Below, one piece after another: positions 1 through 10,885 of a stretch of 64,000 bases of DNA (positions are counted from its first letter, which is position 1; the number at the start of each line of letters is the position of its first letter). Below the pieces are notes generated by a model that was not told the origin of the DNA, made no database searches, and saw only the letters and a program-made list of their open reading frames with translations. The translations under genes were made by a program, and so were the position numbers. The stretch is from Octopus sinensis (taxonomy: Eukaryota): assembly GCF_006345805.1 (NCBI RefSeq), contig NC_042998.1, positions 40,920,001-40,984,000 on the forward strand, in the 5' to 3' direction.

Positions 1-243
1 ATGGAATGTCTTCATTTCTACTTTGAAGTCATAAGATTAAAATCTCCTTTATCATATTTAAATTTCTTTCTCAATTATGTATTTCTAACAGAAATAAATT
101 GTTTCAACATGAAAAGTTTCTTTGAATAACTACCTTGAATTCCTCTGTTAACAATTTTGCATCTTTGAGATAAATGTGCAAACACTTAGCTGAATGATTG
201 TGTAGCTAATAAAAACTTAATTTCTTTATTTGGAAATATATGC

Positions 244-2214
244 ATGTATCAGTCTGCCAGAAGGGAAGCCAGGAGACAGGTCTATCTAGCCAGAGGGGAA
301 GCAGAGAAGGAAAAATTTGCCAATGTCCTGCGTCGTGAGGATGAAAGACTTGAGGTGTTTCGTGTTGCAAGACAGTGTGTGAGAGAGAATCGTGACGTGG
401 TAGGAGAGAAATGTGTTCGCAAGGAGGACGGTTCACTTGCACTTAATGAGGGTGCAAAGAGAGAGACTTGGAGACGCCACTATGATAGGTTGCTGAATGA
501 AGAAAATGAATGGGATAAAGAGAGTCTGCCGAATGTCGACCCAACAGAGGGACCAGCAATCCGAGTTAACAGTTCCTTAGTAGATAAGGCAATTAGAAGC
601 ATGAAAACAGGGAAAGCCCCAGGCCCATCAGGAATTACTGCAGAGATGCTCAAAATATCTGGTGGTGTCGGCTATAGCTTAGTCACCCGTATAGTTAACC
701 AGGTGATACACGAGGGGGTCATACCCAATGACTGGTGTAGCAGCATAATAGTCAACTGCTACAAAGGTAAAGGCGACGCCCTAGAGACAAATAACTACAG
801 GGGCATCAAGCTGCTGGATCAGGTAATGAAGGTTACGGAGAGGGTTGTAGCCGAACTAATTAGAGAGAGAGTTACCTTAGATGATATGCAGTTTGGGTTC
901 GTGCCAGGGAAAAGTACTACTGATGCTATATTCCTGGTAAGACAGCTGCAGGAGAAATACCTAGCCAAAGATAAGCCCTTGTACCTGGCTTTTGTTGACT
1001 TGGAGAAAGCCTTTGACAGGGTCCCCTGGTCCCTTATCTGGTGGTCAATGAGGAAACTAGGGATAGAAGAATGGTTGGTGAGAGCTGTGCAAGCCATGTA
1101 CAGAGACGCTGCTAGTAAGGTGAGGGTGGGCAACGAGTACAGTGAAGAATTCCGGGTAGAGGTTGGGGTCCACCAAGGTTCAGTCCTCAGTCCCCTCCTA
1201 TTTATCATAGTCCTCCAGGCAATAACGGAGGAATTCAAGACAGGTTGCCCCTGGGAGCTCCTCTATGCTGATGACCTTGCTCTAATTGCTGAGTCACTAT
1301 CAGAACTGGAGGAGAAGTTCCAGGTGTGGAAACAAGGATTAGAATCGAAGGGCCTTAGAATCAACCTAGCCAAAACCAAAGTTCTAATAAGTAGGAAGGT
1401 AGATCAATCACAAACGCCTTCAGGTAGATGGCCCTGCTCGATCTGTAAAAAAGGTGTAGGTAGAAACTCTATAAGATGCACCAAGTGTAAGCTATGGACA
1501 CATAAGAGGTGCAGCAATGTCAAAGGAAGGCTAACTAGGAAAATAGTTTTTGTCTGTGGCAAATGCTCAGGAGCAATAAACACTGGAAATATGCAGAGAC
1601 CAACTTCTGCCACGTTCCAGGGAGACAAACTAGAAGTAGTTGATAGCTTCCGCTACCTAGGAGACCAAGTCAGTAGCGGGGGTGGGTGTGCTGAAAGTGT
1701 AACTGCTAGAGTAAGAATAGCCTGGGCAAAGTTTAGAGAGCTCTTACCCCTGCTGGTGACAAAAGGCCTCTCGCTCAGAGTAAAAGGCAGACTGTATGAT
1801 GCATGTGTACGTACAGCCATGCTACATGGTAGTGAAACATGGGCCGTGACTGCTGAGGATATGCGTAAGCTCGCAAGAAATGAAGCCAGTATGCTCCGAT
1901 GGATGTGTAATGTCAGTGTTCATAATCGTCAGAGTGTAAGTTCCTTGAGAGAAAAGCTGAACCTAAGAAGCGTCAGTTGTGGCGTGCAAGAGAGACGGCT
2001 GCGCTGGTATGGTCATGTGACAAGAAAGGCTGAAGATAGTTGTGTGCAAAAGTGCTACACCCTAGCAGTGGAGGGAACCTGTGGAAGAGGTAGACCCAGG
2101 AAAACCTGGGACGAGGTGGTGAAGCACGACCTTCGAACTTTAGGTCTCACTAAGGAAATGTCTAGAGACCGAGACCTATGGAAGTATGCTGTGCATGAGA
2201 AGACCCGGCCATAA
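244..2214 (+). CDS. RTE-type reverse transcriptase ORF (656 aa, endonuclease-less) with an embedded C4HC3 zinc finger
   Basis: Motifs PGPSG, NYRGIKL, QFGF, FVDLEKAFDRV, GVHQGSVLSPLLF, LYADDL, GLRINLAKT, FRYLG and the RTE-like C-terminus RRLRWYGHV...GRGRPRKTW. Cys/His cluster at 1435-1566. Confidence 0.9.
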   Translation: MYQSARREARRQVYLARGEAEKEKFANVLRREDERLEVFRVARQCVRENRDVVGEKCVRKEDGSLALNEGAKRETWRRHYDRLLNEENEWDKESLPNVDPTEGPAIRVNSSLVDKAIRSMKTGKAPGPSGITAEMLKISGGVGYSLVTRIVNQVIHEGVIPNDWCSSIIVNCYKGKGDALETNNYRGIKLLDQVMKVTERVVAELIRERVTLDDMQFGFVPGKSTTDAIFLVRQLQEKYLAKDKPLYLAFVDLEKAFDRVPWSLIWWSMRKLGIEEWLVRAVQAMYRDAASKVRVGNEYSEEFRVEVGVHQGSVLSPLLFIIVLQAITEEFKTGCPWELLYADDLALIAESLSELEEKFQVWKQGLESKGLRINLAKTKVLISRKVDQSQTPSGRWPCSICKKGVGRNSIRCTKCKLWTHKRCSNVKGRLTRKIVFVCGKCSGAINTGNMQRPTSATFQGDKLEVVDSFRYLGDQVSSGGGCAESVTARVRIAWAKFRELLPLLVTKGLSLRVKGRLYDACVRTAMLHGSETWAVTAEDMRKLARNEASMLRWMCNVSVHNRQSVSSLREKLNLRSVSCGVQERRLRWYGHVTRKAEDSCVQKCYTLAVEGTCGRGRPRKTWDEVVKHDLRTLGLTKEMSRDRDLWKYAVHEKTRP

Positions 2215-2232
2215 CCCGTGGCCCCGACCTGG

Positions 2233-3540
2233 GACGTAGTCAGTCCTGTGCATACCTTCCTTCTTGTGACGCTTATGAAGACCTGTTGAGGCAAGTGAAA
2301 ATCAAATCAAATCAAAACAAATCAAAATAGATGAACATCAGTGGAATTGTATTCTTTGTGGTACCAGTGCCGGTGGCACACAAGAAAACCACCCAAACGT
2401 GGCCGTAACCAGTACCGCATCGACTGGCCTCCGTGCTGTGGGCACAACAAACACCATCCGATCGTGGCCGTTCGCCAGCCTCATCTGGCACCTGTGCCGG
2501 TGGCACATAAAGACACCATCCGAAGACCCGGCGACGTAGTCAGTCCACCTGTGCATACCTTCCCTCTTATGACACTTGTGAAGACCTGTTGAGGCAAGTG
2601 TGTGACACTTGTGAAGACCTGTTGAGGCAAGTGAAAATCAATAATCAAACCAAATCAAAATAGATGAATATCAATGGAATTTGTATCTTTGTGGTTCCAG
2701 TACCGGTGGCACACAAGAAAACCATCCGAAGTGGCCGTAGCTGGTACCGCATCGACTGGCCTCCGTGCTGTGGGCACAACAAACACCATCTGATCGTGGC
2801 CGTTCGCCAGCCTCACCTGGCACCTGTGTCGGTGGCACATAAAAGTGGCACATAAAAACACCATCCAAAGACCCGGCGACGTAGTCAGTCCACCTGTGCA
2901 TACCTTCCCTCTTATGACACTTGTGAAGACCTGTTGAGGCAGAGGCAAGTGTGTGACACTTGTGGAGACCTGTTGAGGCAGAGGCAAGTGTGTGACACTT
3001 GTGGAGACCTGTTGAGGCAAGTGTGTGACACGCGTGACACTTGTGAAGACCTGTTGAGGCAAGTGAAAATCAAACCAAATCAAAATAGATGAACATCAAT
3101 GGAATTTGTATCTTTGTGGTTCCAGTACCGGTGGCACACAAGAAAACCATCCGATCGTGGCCGTTCGCCAGCCACATCTGGCACCTGTGTCGGTGGCACA
3201 TAAAGACACCATCCGAAGACCCGGCGACGTAGACAGTCCACCTGTGCATACCTTCCTTCTTGTGACACTTGTGAAGACCTGTTGAGGCAAGTGACACTTG
3301 TGAAGACCTGTTGAGGCAAGTGAAAATCAAATCAAATCAAAACAAATCAAAATAGATGAGCATAAATGGAATTTGTATCTTTGTGGTACCAGTGCCGGTG
3401 GCACACAAGAAAATCATCCGAACGTGGCCGTAGCCAGTACCGCATAGACTGGCCTCCGTGCTTTGGGGACGTAACAAACACCATCCGATCGTGGCCGTCC
3501 GCCAGCCTCATCTGGCACCTGTGTCGGTGGCACATAAAAA
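2233..3540 (+). repeat. Higher-order tandem array in the RTE 3' UTR: four units of about 300-350 bp with nested 22-29 bp subrepeats
   Basis: GACGTAG(T/A)CAGTCC recurs at 2233, 2533, 2878 and 3226. The subrepeat GTGACACTTGTGAAGACCTGTTGAGGCAAGT occurs about 1, 2, 4-5 and 2 times in the four units. Confidence 0.9.
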
Positions 3541-3745
3541 CACCATCCGAGCGTGGCCGTCTGCCAGCCTCGTCTGGCACCTGCCAGCCTCATCTGGCAC
3601 CTGTGTCGGTGGCACATAAATACACCATCCGAGCGTGGCCGTCTGCCAGCCTCGTCTGGCACCTGTGTCGGTGGCACATAAAAACACCATCCGAGCGTGG
3701 CCGTTCGCCAGCCTCGTCTGGCACCTGTGTCGGTGGCACATAAAA
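3479..3745 (+). repeat. About 62-bp minisatellite (4 copies) just upstream of the RTE terminal tail
   Basis: CACCATCCG..CGTGGCCGT..GCCAGCCTC.TCTGGCACCTGTGTCGGTGGCACATAAA starts near 3479, 3541, 3623 and 3685; one unit carries a 20-nt internal duplication. Confidence 0.85.
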
Positions 3746-4816
3746 TCACCCACTACACTCTCGGAGTGGTTGGCGTTAGGAAGGGCATCCAGCTGTAGAA
3801 ACACTGCCAGATCTGACTGGCCTGGTGCAGCCTTCGGGCTCCCCAGACCCCAGTTGAACCGTCCAACCCATGCTAGCATGGAAAACGGACGCTAAATGAT
3901 GATGATGATGATGATGATGATTGAAGGAATGGGATCAGGATTAGCAATATATCAAGAATGCAAGTGTGTGCATACATAGTCTAAATAACTCTCTCATGTA
4001 ACATATTTATAGTTATCTTTCTTTTTATTTTATCATGACTTGTATACAAAGTCCCCAAACTTATCCAATGCTTATACTTTAATTTATATAATGTTTTGAA
4101 CATTTTTATTATCTGAAATCTCTGTTTCAGAGATTTTTCTTTCTCATGTAACCACTACAAATTAATCATTTGGACATTTTAAAGCAAAACTAATGGAAAA
4201 GATAATAAAAAAAATATTTCAGCTTTGACTTCGTGTTATCTAGCATGCTTCTGATGAAATTGAGCTCATAAAAATAGATGAAGTTTAGGTTTATTTATGT
4301 GACAGCATTGCGATAAATTTCTTAATGTTAACAGTTTCTGTTAAGTGTTAATAGTTGACTTGAATTTCACCAGATGCATTTCCAGGAAGAAATATTTGCA
4401 TACAAAACACATTGCAAACTGTGTATACTATACGTTCCTGTTAAGAAACTAAGCTTTTAACAACTTAGATGTCAGTAAGAACATTGTGTAATGGTACCAT
4501 TTTAACTACATGTCAGAATGTAGTTAAAAAAAAAAAGAAAAGAAAAAAGATTCATGGATAGTAAACCCAATTATTGCCTGAACTCAGAGCTATTCAAACT
4601 GTAGAATCTGTTTTATAGGGAGCATACGCATAGTTTTCTAATTCTGTAAAACAGTTCTTTCCTTTAGAATTCACAACATAAATCAAGTTTCATGTTAAGA
4701 CTTGTAAATAGTTTCAGTTATATATCTCTGTATAAAAAAATTGAAATATATATATCTGCATACATATGTAAGCATGCGTGCACATGCGCACCGAAGCTTA
4801 TAGCAGAACATGTGTG

Positions 4817-5550
4817 TACAGGATGCATTAGTTGTTTAAGGTCATTTGTATGAATTTAGAAAATGACGCATAGCTCATCAAAGAGAAGTTGCATATGAAA
4901 ACAAATTAGTACAAATAATCTTGAGAATAATTTCATCACACCTATTCAATGAATTCATCATTAGCATCAATGGCTGTTTCAGAATGGGGTTGGAAGCATT
5001 GACATGCTCAAATCAGATGATCTTCATTAATTTGGGACATAGTACTGATTATGGCAGATTTGAGAGATTGTATGATGTTATGGGGCTGTTGACTGATCTT
5101 TATCAATGACACCCCATACATAATAGTCCAGTGGATTGGGGTCTGGTGAGCTAGAACATGATCATGGAGATGAGTATGCACCCACTCTTGGGTTGTCCTA
5201 GCCTTATGAGATCGTGCAGAGTCTTGTTGGAAGTTGTATGATCTTCCGTTGCATATTCAGTCTATCCAGGGCCTCACAACTTTCCCAAACACCTGTGTAG
5301 TCAGTGGCATTGACTCTTAAGTCCTGTGAAAAATATAAGGAGGTACAACATCTCTCTCATTGCTGATTACTCCCTAAAGTCACAATTGTTGGGAACTTAG
5401 TATATGTGATTATTTAAACCTCATTCAGGTTTCTGCATATCCATCTGTCATTCCTTCAGTTTACCTTTTGGTCTTCATCAAAGTTTTGTCATCAATGTAA
5501 AATCAAAGCATTCCAGCCTCTTGGTATTTTAACTTGTTTAGCAAGCACTT
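4817..5550 (-). mobile_element. Tc1/mariner (maT/DD37D-like) relic, 3' half with terminal inverted repeat
   Basis: Minus strand reads KCLLNKLK..EAGML, DEDQKVN*RNDRWIC and further decayed DDD-domain motifs. TA + CAGGATGCATTAGTTGTTTAAGGTC at 4817-4843 matches the TIR of the copy ending at 35577. Homologous to 34366-35095. Confidence 0.8.
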
Positions 5551-5621
5551 TACATGAATTGAAACAGACACTGCTTGTGATATTCAGTTACATCTATTGT
5601 ATAATGTTGAGACACCCACAC

Positions 5622-5657
<36 letters not shown>

Positions 5658-5689
5658 CTCCCCCTCTCTCTCGTGTGTGTATGTGTGAT

Positions 5690-6400
5690 AATCATTGTTA
5701 TTTGATGTCCATTTTCCATGCTGATGTGGGTTGGACGGTTTGACAGGAGCTAGCAGGTCAAAAGACTGCACTAAACTCTACTGTTTTTGGTATGGTTTCT
5801 AAGGCTGGATGCTCAGTCAGACACTAACCACTTTACATAATGTGCTGGCTGCTTTTTACATGACACCAGCAGCAAATAGGTCATGAAGCAACTTAGAAGA
5901 CAAGACCCCTCAACTGAGCTGGGAGCAGTATTGAGGGAGGTGGGTTTGTGCTAGATGATGAGAGGTTAGAGTATGAATAGAGAGACAGAAAAAGGTCTCT
6001 CAGTAAAGGAGATACGTAGCTATCTCAGTAGGAGAGAGAGAAGAGAGAGGGGAGAGATGATGATGGAGACATGACAGGTGGTGAAGGGGAAGGAATGTAG
6101 TGAATGAACACAATTAGAGGGAGAGAGTGTCAGGTAGATTTGTTGTGGGGAGGAGATTCAACAGGGATACAATGTTTTTAGGTTTGTATGTGAAGGGAGA
6201 GTGGGAAATAAACTGAGTGGTGAACTCAAGTGAGGGATGGGGGAGATGTAAAGTGGATGGTCTGGGATTGGGTACAGGCTTGTCAGGAACAAATTGTGTA
6301 CATGGACATGAACTGCATATCTTTATGGCCTCAATTTTACTTAGCTGGATAGGTCTCCTTAAACACATACACATATATATATATAGTTTCAAATTTCTCA
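5690..6400 (-). mobile_element. Old retroposon fragment ending in the RTE-type 3' tail
   Basis: Reverse-complement tail at 5690-5870. The body is similar to 22311-23090 (for example AGTATTGAGGGA.GTGG.TTTGTGCTAG). Confidence 0.55.
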
Positions 6401-6707
6401 ACCTAAGTGATTTTATAAAGTTGCTGAAATGCAAATATAGCATTAAATAATAGCTCATAAAATATCAAGTAGAAACTATTTAAAGTAAGTGGACCAAATT
6501 ACTCTCAAGAATTGAAGAATGCATCTACCTTGACTAGTTTTTGTCCATGACATCACTACACTTGAGAGATATACTGATTTTCAACTGTCAAATTAGAAGT
6601 TTTAACCTTACCAGGTAAAATGGATTTTACAAGTTATTAGTTATAGCTTCATTCGAATTAAAACAAATATGTAAAATGATTTACATATATACATACAATA
6701 CACACAC

Positions 6708-8190
6708 CATCATCATTGTTGTATGTCCTCTGTCTATCATAGTTTGGGTTGGATCATTCACTATATGTTTTGGTGGGAACTACCCCCCTGGACAAGTCAG
6801 AGGACTACATTTCACCTGCATTTGCATTTAATTTTGGGTTTGGGTTCTGTGACTGGCTGCCCTTCCTAATGCTAACCATGTAGATTCTACTGAATTTCTT
6901 ACTCATTTTTTTTTTGTAGCACCAACATATAAGAGATAGCCATATCCTTGATATGATTAAAAACACCTCTGAATTCCATGTCTCTACTCACTTGCAGTCT
7001 CTTTACGAAACAAAGTAAGAGGCTTGAAGGCTAGATGCATGAATGATGGTTTTAAGAGGGCTGTGTGAGGGAGGATGTGGGTATTCTGAGAAAATTACAT
7101 ACACTCAAAGCAATGTAATCAAGAGGGTGGGATGATGACATGGCAGAGTGACTCAGGAGACAGTGATGACCAAGGATGTGTGGGAGAAAAGGAGCAAGAG
7201 TATGTAGAGTGTTCTGGGCACAATCATTCCTATGTAGCTTCATATACATAGACTTTCTTACAAGCCAGAAAGGTCGAGTGATGAGGATAGTTGAAGGGGG
7301 AATGGAAAGCAGGTGGGTCTTGTACCAATGAATAGCATAAATGAAAATGTCAGACAGGTGGTAGTGTTAGTTACATTGGAAGCAGTGTATTATGGACAGA
7401 AGAGATCCAATGTTATCCTTAGTCACAGTGGCAGCATAGTACAGTGAGATTAGGAAAAGAAGAGAATGATTGGGAGATGAGCAATAGGGCACTGGGAGCA
7501 TGAGAGATGAAGTCGAATGAAAAAGATATGAGTGGTAGTGGTGTGGTTGATAGACAGGTAAGAGATGTGAAAGGAAGTGATAAAGAGGAGTGACTGAGTG
7601 AGTTATATGTGATTGGGATGTTACAGTGGTAAGAGGCTATTAGTGTGGGCAATGCTGTAAATTTGACTGTGTTCAGATAAATATACATACACACGTGTAC
7701 ATACAGATGTGCATTACACAATTTTAATGTCTGTTTTGCAAATCTTGGGTTGGTGGGTGCCAATCAGTATCATTCTTTGTTATCTTCTCTGAGAGATCCA
7801 ACAACTTTCAGTTTCTCTTCACCACTTCATCTCAAATTTTCATTGCTCTCTCTTTTCCATCACTCTGAGCATGTAACACTTCTTTATACAATGCAGTCTT
7901 CTCTGTTGCATACTACATCCGATTGCTCTTTTGTTCAGTTTTTCTCTCAACTCATTTGTGTTTTGTTGTTCATACACACTAGTATTACACATCTAATAGA
8001 GCATGCTTGTTTCATTCTTTCTAATTTTCACAAATTCTCTGCATTCAAAGCCCCATGTCTCACTACCATGCAACCTTTTGTTGTCAACTTAGATAATAGC
8101 TCTCTGAACATTTTCCAACCATTTCTTACTCTGGTTACGACACACTCAGAAAACCAACCCCCACTGTTAAGTAGGTTACCTAGGTAATAG
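6708..8190 (-). mobile_element. Old RTE LINE 3' end (decayed ORF C-terminus, 3' UTR, tail)
   Basis: Minus strand 7745-8190 reads YLGNLLNSGG..VVTRVRNGWKMFRELL..LHGSETW..ELREKL..QQRRLH, colinear with the C-terminus of the 244-2214 ORF. Degenerate tail at 6708-6880. Confidence 0.7.
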
Positions 8191-8258
8191 AAACTGTCTA
8201 TTATTTTTAGAGAACTATGTGGACTTTGGAGAGAGAGAGAGAGTGAATGTATATGTGT

Positions 8259-8400
8259 ATCATCATCATTTAATATCTGCCTTCCATACTAGTTATGGAT
8301 TGGATGGTTTGACAAAACTGCCAAGTCCAAAGACTGCACCAAGCTCTGTCTGACTTGACATGGTTTCTGTGCCTGGATGTCCTTCCTAATGTCAACCACT
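8259..8400 (-). mobile_element. Short RTE-type tail fragment
   Basis: (CAT)n followed by a decayed reverse complement of the 3749-3921 tail (GGATGTCCTTCCTAATGTCAACCACT). Confidence 0.6.
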
Positions 8401-9669
8401 ATATAGTGGGAATAACAAAACATTCGATAATGCAAACATACATTCATGTATGGATATTAGTATTCACAAGTGTATAAGATTTGATCATATTTTTATGATA
8501 GTATTTTTTTTATTTAAAGACTACTATGAAATTACTGTGTAATGTAGTATTGTTTTATAGGGTGTAGACACATATCCCTCGGAGGTGTGTTAATGATTTG
8601 CCTTGTATATAAGTTTGATGGAGTAATAAGATCACCATTGCAAACAATGCTGTTTTCCAGAACTAATCTACATTTATTATTGGAGCAGTCACTCCTGGAA
8701 ATAATATTACCTTGTATCAGATGATACAGTTTTTCTGATGCTATATATTATCAAAATGAAATATATCAGTTCCTATCCAGTGCATGAAATTAACATCTTC
8801 TGTTGCAATGTAAATTCTTGCTGAAAGTGCATTAGTGTAAGGAAAGGAATTTCTTGGAATTTCTCTTGAGATACATGATATCAGAAATGCTATTAGCTGT
8901 AATTTTTATCTCAGTATTCTTTAAGACATAACTAGCTTTGGGTGTTCTTTGTATATATTAAAGATGAATTCAAGAGGTCCCTGATTGTATCTAAGTAGAG
9001 ATTTTCTATGAAGAAAAAGTTATGGGCAAGATTTGTGGTCTGTATGATTGCAAAAGCTCCTTTCTCAATATTTGAGTAATAAGATTCAGTGTTGGTTTAT
9101 ATCTTCAATATAACACCAGTTGTTATAAAATTCCTACAATAAAATTCTTGATATAAACTGCTACTACTGTTGATTGTCAATGTAACATCTTTAATGGCAT
9201 CAGATATACTCACAAGATTCTCAGCAGTAGCACTTATTGAATTATTAAAGGTTCTTTCTAAAGATTTGTCCAACCAAATTCAACATTATGTTTGTGCAAA
9301 ATTGCAAATAGTTTGGCTATATCAAAATATTTTGACAGACATCATCTAGAAAAAGTCTATTAGCCCTTAAAAAAAATGAAAATCCTTTCATTCATTTTTT
9401 TTTTTTTTTTGTAGGTGTATGTAAATTAAGCAAGAAGCTTGATAAATGAATCTGAAGTAATCTATTCTCGACTAGGAACTCTGTTCTTATTAGGTTCAAA
9501 AGTCTTGAGCAGCTAGTATCAATTTTGGCACGATAAAAATTAATTGGCTTGAAAAAAACAGGAAGGGAGGAGGGATCAAATGATATTATCAAGTAACTAT
9601 GAGAGGAGCTAGTTGACAGTTATATTTAGCAATGGGAGAAGTCAAAAGTAAAAGCTTTACATATTTTAC

Positions 9670-10150
9670 AGCACGAGGATCAGAGGCATAAGGTGTTCCA
9701 AATTGTATTGTACCAGAGAGAATGAAGACATTATTATGGAGAAGTGTATACAGAATAATAGTTGTACACTTTCCCTTATTAACATGAAAATGAAAGAGGC
9801 AAGGAAATGCTACTACCAGAATTTATTAAATGAGGAGAATGCATGGGTGAAAGAGGACATACTCCAAATGGACTCAACGAAGGGACCAGCCTTTGATATT
9901 GATAGGCATGTTGTTGAAAGCAGAGTTAAGGAATGAAGGATAGAAAGAGAGAAAAAGAGACAGCTAAAGACCAGAGATAAATGGTAACATCCTAAAAGTA
10001 TCTGGAGAAATAGGTCATATACTAGCCACTCAAATAGTCAATTACACAATAGAGTGAGGTGTCATAACCAATAATTAGTAGATCAGTATCATCAATTTCT
10101 ACAAGGTTAAAGGAGATGCTATGAAGGAAAGTAATTACAGAAGCATTGAA
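9670..10150 (+). mobile_element. Decayed internal RTE fragment
   Basis: CTRENEDIIMEKC..YYQNLLNEENAWVKE..KGPAF..ILKVSGEIGH..KGDAMKESNYRSIEL aligns by eye to about aa 30-190 of the 244-2214 ORF. Confidence 0.8.
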
Positions 10151-10829
10151 TTGACTACTGACTGCTCTCTTCTTTGTTGTACTCTCATCTATCATTTGCC
10201 CTCTCTTCTGTCACTGTGCTTTCCTTCAATTTTACCTCTATTGCATCATGCCACCTGTATACCAAGGGATAGTATTGGATCTGTCAGTATTCAATCTCCT
10301 CTCACCATCACCCTTCTTTATTGTTATCCATCACTCTCATACAAATTTTCTTATCTATTGTTGATCTTTTTCATTCTCTTCTATCACACTTTCACTTTAC
10401 TCCTTCCATCACCTTGTTCCCTTGCTATCACTTTTTCCTCATCATGCCATCCATGCTGTTTTTCTATTCAGTCTCCTTACCAACATGTAGCTATCAATCA
10501 CAGTTTCACTTCCATTACTCCCTCCTCTATTACTTTCTTACCCCTGTCTATTTTTCTCATCTTATCCTCTTTTCTTTTATCCTAATTCTTCATGACTTCT
10601 TCAATTTACCCTCCTGATCCTATTACCTTGAATGAATGGAAGCAGCTTAGAGAATAAACTTGCTGAGGAAACAATCTCTCTGATACTAGTACTCTAATAA
10701 AATTCACCTAGTACACTCTGTAAAGGGTATTCAGCCATAGAATCCATGCTAAAAATTGAATATATGAGTGAGACATGGTCCCTGATCTGTCGACATGGGC
10801 AGTAACTCCAAATAAAAACTGACTTAGAC

Positions 10830-10885
10830 TGTGTTGAACCATCCAACCCATACTTGCATGGAAAAGCGAATGAAAAATGATGATG
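10830..10885 (+). mobile_element. Minimal RTE-type tail fragment
   Basis: TTGAACCATCCAACCCATACTTGCATGGAAAAGCG..AAATGATGATG. Confidence 0.5.

Larger units (their letters stand above)
246..3921 (+). mobile_element. Young 5'-truncated RTE-clade LINE (RT ORF, tandemly expanded 3' UTR, (ATG)n tail)
   Basis: Uninterrupted RT ORF to the stop at 2214; GC/CpG-rich body against an AT-rich flank; 3' end CCAACCCATGCTAGCATGGAAAACGGACGCTAA followed by (ATG)n at 3896-3921. No AP endonuclease domain and no TSD found. Confidence 0.93.

Noticed and set aside
2312-3895. Many overlapping 60-140-aa ORFs on both strands
   Set aside because: By-products of the GC-rich tandem UTR repeats; repetitive peptides with no recognisable domain.
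230-3940. Target-site duplication of the RTE insertion
   Set aside because: No matching direct repeat was found between the 5' flank and the sequence after the (ATG)n tail.
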